Positions 59,913-64,000 of a stretch of 64,000 bases of DNA are shown here, piece after piece (position 1 is the first letter of the stretch; every line of letters starts with the position of its first letter). The DNA lies in NCBI GenBank assembly GCA_963701665.1, contig OY969622.1, positions 448,001 to 512,000 on the forward strand, written 5' to 3'. The position numbers and the translations under genes were made by a program. This DNA comes from Candidatus Babeliales bacterium. Lineage in GTDB: Bacteria; Babelota; Babeliae; Babelales; JANWKD01. The notes beneath the pieces are model-generated. The model was not told the DNA's origin and made no database searches. It worked only from the letters and a program-made list of their open reading frames with translations.

Positions 59913-60593
59913 ATGGTGAGACGTACAATTTTTATATTGATAGTTCTTTTTTCTTTCGCAAATACGAGCACGCACTCATTTGATGCAATTATTAATTTAG
60001 GTGGCGACTGTCAGGTTGCTTACCAACTTTATATAACGGGATTGCGCAAATACGCACTTCCTTTTGATACCTTGATTACGCCGTACGCTTCTTTAAAAGC
60101 AATGCTCGAACGAGGTTTTGAAAATTTCATGCATCCTGATAATTTTGAACTGAGGGTTAACGAAAAGGGCGAGCAGTATATTTTGGATAAAACGTACGGC
60201 GCTCGTTTGCTGCATGATTTTAAATTAGAAGAAGATTTTTTAAAAAATTATGAAGAAATAGCGGCAAAATATTTGAGGCGAATTGCGCGATTGATGCATC
60301 TACTTCACACAAGTGAACATCCACTTTTTATTCGCAAGGGACTTTCAAAAGAACAAGCTGCAGAACTGAGTGTTATGTTGTTTACTATGCGCGAGGGAAA
60401 GCCATTTTTGCTCGTTGCATTAGATGACACGCAAGAGATTGCGCTCGATTGGCAGGTAAAACGAGTGCGTAATTATTTTTTAAGACAACCGGAACCTTAT
60501 ACGTGGAAAGGTGATGCGCAGGCGTGGAAAGAAATTTTTCAAAAATTAGATTTGGAAATGACCAATGCGGGTGATAGTTCAGACGAGCGTTAA
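59913..60593 (+). CDS. DUF1796-like putative papain-like cysteine peptidase
   Basis: INLGGDCQVAYQL..GLRKYALPFD, LHDF, KYLRRIARL, LFIR. Confidence 0.75.
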   Translation: MVRRTIFILIVLFSFANTSTHSFDAIINLGGDCQVAYQLYITGLRKYALPFDTLITPYASLKAMLERGFENFMHPDNFELRVNEKGEQYILDKTYGARLLHDFKLEEDFLKNYEEIAAKYLRRIARLMHLLHTSEHPLFIRKGLSKEQAAELSVMLFTMREGKPFLLVALDDTQEIALDWQVKRVRNYFLRQPEPYTWKGDAQAWKEIFQKLDLEMTNAGDSSDER

Positions 60594-60598
60594 TCGTT

Positions 60599-60640
60599 AA
60601 AAAGATAACGAGCACCATACGTAGCGCTCGTTATCTTTTT
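60599..60640. terminator. Bidirectional terminator
   Basis: AAAAGATAACGAGC...GCTCGTTATCTTTT between convergent genes. Confidence 0.75.
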
Positions 60641-60656
60641 ACAAAGTCAAAAAATA

Positions 60657-61244
60657 TTATGAATCTTGTGTTATTCGCTTCCAAAGAAAATAGCCAGGTA
60701 TGGTAACCCCTGCAGTATATGCAGCCCATCCTGCAGCTTTTCTTGCGTAAAGAATACTGTTCATCCTTTTTTGAACAGGAGTATATGCCCGTTGATTATC
60801 TTCATCATCAGCCATGTAATGTTGACCTTGAGATTTTGGATCTATTGATCGTGGTGGTTTTATTGTGTAACCGTATGCACTGCCCATTATCGTTGCAAGA
60901 AGAACACTAGCAGTAGCTATACCAAAAGGTTTAATAAGTTCTGAGGAATCTAATTTTTGCCATGGGCCACTGCGCATGGCAAAGCCGGCTGCTGCTCCTG
61001 CACTCAAGAATTCTTTCCAGCGATTTCCAAAAAAAATTTTATGCATAAATGGAAATCTTTGGCCATTAGGTGGAGTAGGTAGTGCAGCATGTAAAAGGCG
61101 GCTATGAGCATAAGATCCCACGCCAACTGCTACTGTTGTACCTGCTATGATTATGCCAGTTTCTTTTATATCCATTGCATTGATTTGTTGAGCACTAAGA
61201 GTAAGCATCAATAAAGCATACAAGTATGATGTTCTTTTTATCAT
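60657..61244 (-). CDS. Hypothetical membrane protein
   Basis: Signal peptide INA|MDIK; several hydrophobic helices. Confidence 0.6.
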   Translation of the reverse strand: MIKRTSYLYALLMLTLSAQQINAMDIKETGIIIAGTTVAVGVGSYAHSRLLHAALPTPPNGQRFPFMHKIFFGNRWKEFLSAGAAAGFAMRSGPWQKLDSSELIKPFGIATASVLLATIMGSAYGYTIKPPRSIDPKSQGQHYMADDEDNQRAYTPVQKRMNSILYARKAAGWAAYTAGVTIPGYFLWKRITQDS

Positions 61245-61413
61245 GAGACATCCTTAGATGAATGAGTTTGTTATGTGAATACTATTATTATAAGGATAAA
61301 TTTTTTATTTCATATTGTAAATGGTTATTTATGTACTATCGTTCTTAGATCTTGCTTTTGCTATCAGCATATTTTTATTGTTATAAAAGATAGTTTTTTG
61401 TGGAGAGTAAGTA

Positions 61414-63312
61414 ATGATACAAAGAATTTTCATAATTTTTTATTTGATTTCATTTTCTTTAAGTTTTTCAATGAATGAACCGCGTGAGATTAAATATGTG
61501 CCGCGCGGGATGATAATTTTATTGGATGAATCTGAGCAAGGTGCAGGCGCATTAACATCAGCTCTTTTTGTAGCACTTGCAGAAAAAGCTGGTCCTCTAT
61601 TAGTATCAGCAACATTGCTTTCAAATGTTTTCTCAATATACGATCAAGCTCGCAACAATCAATATTCATTTAGTGAGCTTGTAAAGTTAGCTGACACCGA
61701 TCAGAATATCCGTAGAATTGCCTATTTTATAGCCACGAAATTTGATAAAAATGAATGGATTTTTAAAAAAGTAAGTGAATACTTATATCTATTGCTACCA
61801 AAATCCTTATGGTCAACGCATGGTGGAATTCCTCATGAGCAGCTTGTGCGCTATGACCCGCGCAACATTTCGCGCGCTGAATTAAGATTGGGTCTTAAAG
61901 TTAATCATTTCAAAACAATACCATTTGAAGATATTCTTAAGCTTTCGGTCGCGCGCCAAAATGATACTAATTATTTTATTGATGCACTCGTTCCGAAAGC
62001 CAAGCAAGAATTCTCTTTGTTTTGCACCCGTTTAGATTATAGAAATCGTGGTGCCACCGAGATCCCGCTATGGTCTTTTTTTATTAATGGACATGGACAA
62101 ATTCCTATTAGTGGTAAAGGAAATATTCTGTCCATAAGTTATGAAATTTTTAAAAAGGTACTTGATTTTTTTGATATCAATATTTCGACACAGCTTGTGG
62201 CATATTTGTCCTGTTTTGCGGCAGAAGAGGTTACAGAAAAGATTTTCTATGATATGACAAGTTTGCTACAAAGAACTTACTCATATGCCATTATGAGCGG
62301 AGCTCTTGTAGAATCACCAACAAAATCAAATACAAGATTGGAAGCAGTAGATGATATATCATTGAATTTAAGTTCTACTATTAATTTCAGTGCTTTCTTG
62401 GCGTTGATTCAGTCAACACAAGGTATTAATTATGCTCAGGTTGCACAAGCACTTTTTTCAAAGAATGTTACTGAGGGTATTTATTGGACAAATACGCCTC
62501 TTATAAAACTACCCGGACTAGAATGGTTTACGTTAGTTGAGAATATTAGAGATGTTAGTAAAGAGCTTCCTCCTAAAGAAGCTGCTAAGCAAGCCGCTGC
62601 TCTAGAGGCTACGAAAGAAATCGTCTCCATTGGTTCTATTTTGGCGCAAACGCGTGGTAATAGACCGCTTGATGTCGTACATTTTTTTAGGACAGACCCC
62701 AAAGCTATTTTGCTCTATGCTCCCTCGTTACCATTTGAACTTGTTCTTAATTCTCAAAATCTTCAAGCAATAATTTCTATGATTCCCGGTGATGCGTTGC
62801 ATAGCATAAAGAAAATTAGCTCTAAGACAAAAAGTGCTGATGAGCTTTTAGATGCTTTTATGAAAATTGAGGAACTTGCACCCAAAAAAATATTTTTTAT
62901 AGAACAATTAAATGACCTTAAGAACATCATTATTTATAATGAAAATGTTCCTATTAGATTGGAATTGGCGCCAGGTATCGTTGCAGAAATTGCACCTGGG
63001 ACACAACATTGCTACGCCTTATATGAAATCAAAAATGTTTTATATAAGAAAATGTTGAAGCAACCCGCGGCTCGAGAATCTGATAGCGTGACTATAAAAC
63101 TTTATCGTGCATTATTGAAAGATGCGCAGGCTGCTATAAATCTCAAAACAGGATCACCTTTGAGCAAACAGGATTTTGAACATATGGAAACATTGATTAG
63201 AAGAGCATTTGAAAAGAAGAAAACACAGCGAGCAGATTTAGAAGGGCCTTTAGCTCATTTGGCGCAAACATTGCAAAACTTATCTAAAGCATTGCAAAAA
63301 ATAGAATATTAA
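61414..63312 (+). CDS. Large secreted hypothetical protein, possible clan CD peptidase domain
   Basis: Signal peptide; FFINGHG and VAYLSCF motifs about 40 residues apart. Confidence 0.55.
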   Translation: MIQRIFIIFYLISFSLSFSMNEPREIKYVPRGMIILLDESEQGAGALTSALFVALAEKAGPLLVSATLLSNVFSIYDQARNNQYSFSELVKLADTDQNIRRIAYFIATKFDKNEWIFKKVSEYLYLLLPKSLWSTHGGIPHEQLVRYDPRNISRAELRLGLKVNHFKTIPFEDILKLSVARQNDTNYFIDALVPKAKQEFSLFCTRLDYRNRGATEIPLWSFFINGHGQIPISGKGNILSISYEIFKKVLDFFDINISTQLVAYLSCFAAEEVTEKIFYDMTSLLQRTYSYAIMSGALVESPTKSNTRLEAVDDISLNLSSTINFSAFLALIQSTQGINYAQVAQALFSKNVTEGIYWTNTPLIKLPGLEWFTLVENIRDVSKELPPKEAAKQAAALEATKEIVSIGSILAQTRGNRPLDVVHFFRTDPKAILLYAPSLPFELVLNSQNLQAIISMIPGDALHSIKKISSKTKSADELLDAFMKIEELAPKKIFFIEQLNDLKNIIIYNENVPIRLELAPGIVAEIAPGTQHCYALYEIKNVLYKKMLKQPAARESDSVTIKLYRALLKDAQAAINLKTGSPLSKQDFEHMETLIRRAFEKKKTQRADLEGPLAHLAQTLQNLSKALQKIEY

Positions 63313-63324
63313 AATCTGGGAGAT

Positions 63325-64000
63325 CTATTTTTTTGCCAAAAGCATAATCATTGAGATGACACTAAGAAGTATTGCAAAAACAAAGCCACTGAGCGGCGAA
63401 ATAAAGCTCCATAATCCGCCTACAATGCTGCTTGAAAGCAGATCTCCAATGCCGTCGATTGTTTGAAGGATACCAAAACCAGTACCGCGTACTTGTTCCG
63501 GCAAAAGAATAGCTGCGTGCGCTTTTTCTAAAGTTTTTACCGTACCTGCACTGACTCCTGCGAATACAAAAAGTATACCCCACCATATAATGGAACTTGT
63601 ATGCATCATACAACCTAAGCAGGTGACGGCAAATAGCCCTAAACCAAACAATGCTAAAAGGTTTTTGCGATTATAATAATCGCTTAATGCTCCAATACCA
63701 AACTCACTAATGCCGCGGCTAATATTGAAGATACTGTAAAAAATAAGTACCCAACTTGTTGTTATAAATGAAGATGCGTGCGCGCCTATTATTTCTTGCG
63801 CGCGATATAATAAAAGGGCTTGATTAAAATTTCCTATACCAAAAATAAACATAACAAAAAGAAAATATTTAAATTGACGAGGGAGTTGCATCACACTTTG
63901 TACAAACGAGTGCGTAGGTTTTAAACGCGTGCGTTCTTTTTGTTCGCGCGTTAGAAAGATTATAGGAACGATCGAAAGAATACCCGGAATGAAGGCGAAC
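63325..64000 (-). CDS. MFS transporter (5' end outside window)
   Basis: GALSDYYNRK motif A, LPEQVRGTGFG; frame is open to the window edge. Confidence 0.85.
   Translation of the reverse strand, partial: FAFIPGILSIVPIIFLTREQKERTRLKPTHSFVQSVMQLPRQFKYFLFVMFIFGIGNFNQALLLYRAQEIIGAHASSFITTSWVLIFYSIFNISRGISEFGIGALSDYYNRKNLLALFGLGLFAVTCLGCMMHTSSIIWWGILFVFAGVSAGTVKTLEKAHAAILLPEQVRGTGFGILQTIDGIGDLLSSSIVGGLWSFISPLSGFVFAILLSVISMIMLLAKK

Noticed and set aside
51029..60600. Prophage, ICE or integron at the tRNA cluster
   Set aside because: No integrase, phage or conjugation genes, no long duplicated tRNA 3' att sequence and no attC-like sites seen.
90..63613. Numerous short antisense or overlapping ORFs in the track
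   Set aside because: They are shadows of well-supported genes and have no motifs.

Overview
AT-rich bacterial chromosome segment. The gene content (ankyrin protein, many orphan signal-peptide proteins, no rpmD in the spc cluster) suggests a host-dependent lineage such as Babelota/Dependentiae (TM6); this is an inference. Positions 5.6-24.8 kb hold the str-S10-spc-alpha ribosomal supercluster, where fusA, tuf, rplC, rplD, rplW, rplB, rpsC, rplP and rpoA are broken by indels that are most likely sequencing or assembly errors. The rest mixes housekeeping genes (rplM, rseP, sbcC-like, rodA, ruvB, yebC, yicC, alr, dus, mreC, sppA, a beta-CASP RNase), five tRNAs (His, Pro, Val, Asn, Asp) and orphan secreted proteins, some with eukaryote-like motifs (Josephin/papain-like triad, BC-box, clan CD His-Cys dyad). 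The most interesting signal is non-coding. A family of small 'CTTCG...CT(A/T)CG' hairpin elements sits flush against tRNA CCA ends, flanks a small stand-alone GIY-YIG gene and nests inside other repeats with 3-nt duplications that are complementary to the element's own 3' arm. This is a candidate GIY-YIG/REP-like mobile system. A second ~100-bp GTCAT...ATGAC MITE/REPIN-like repeat occurs four times, and two inverted copies bracket a beta-helix gene.
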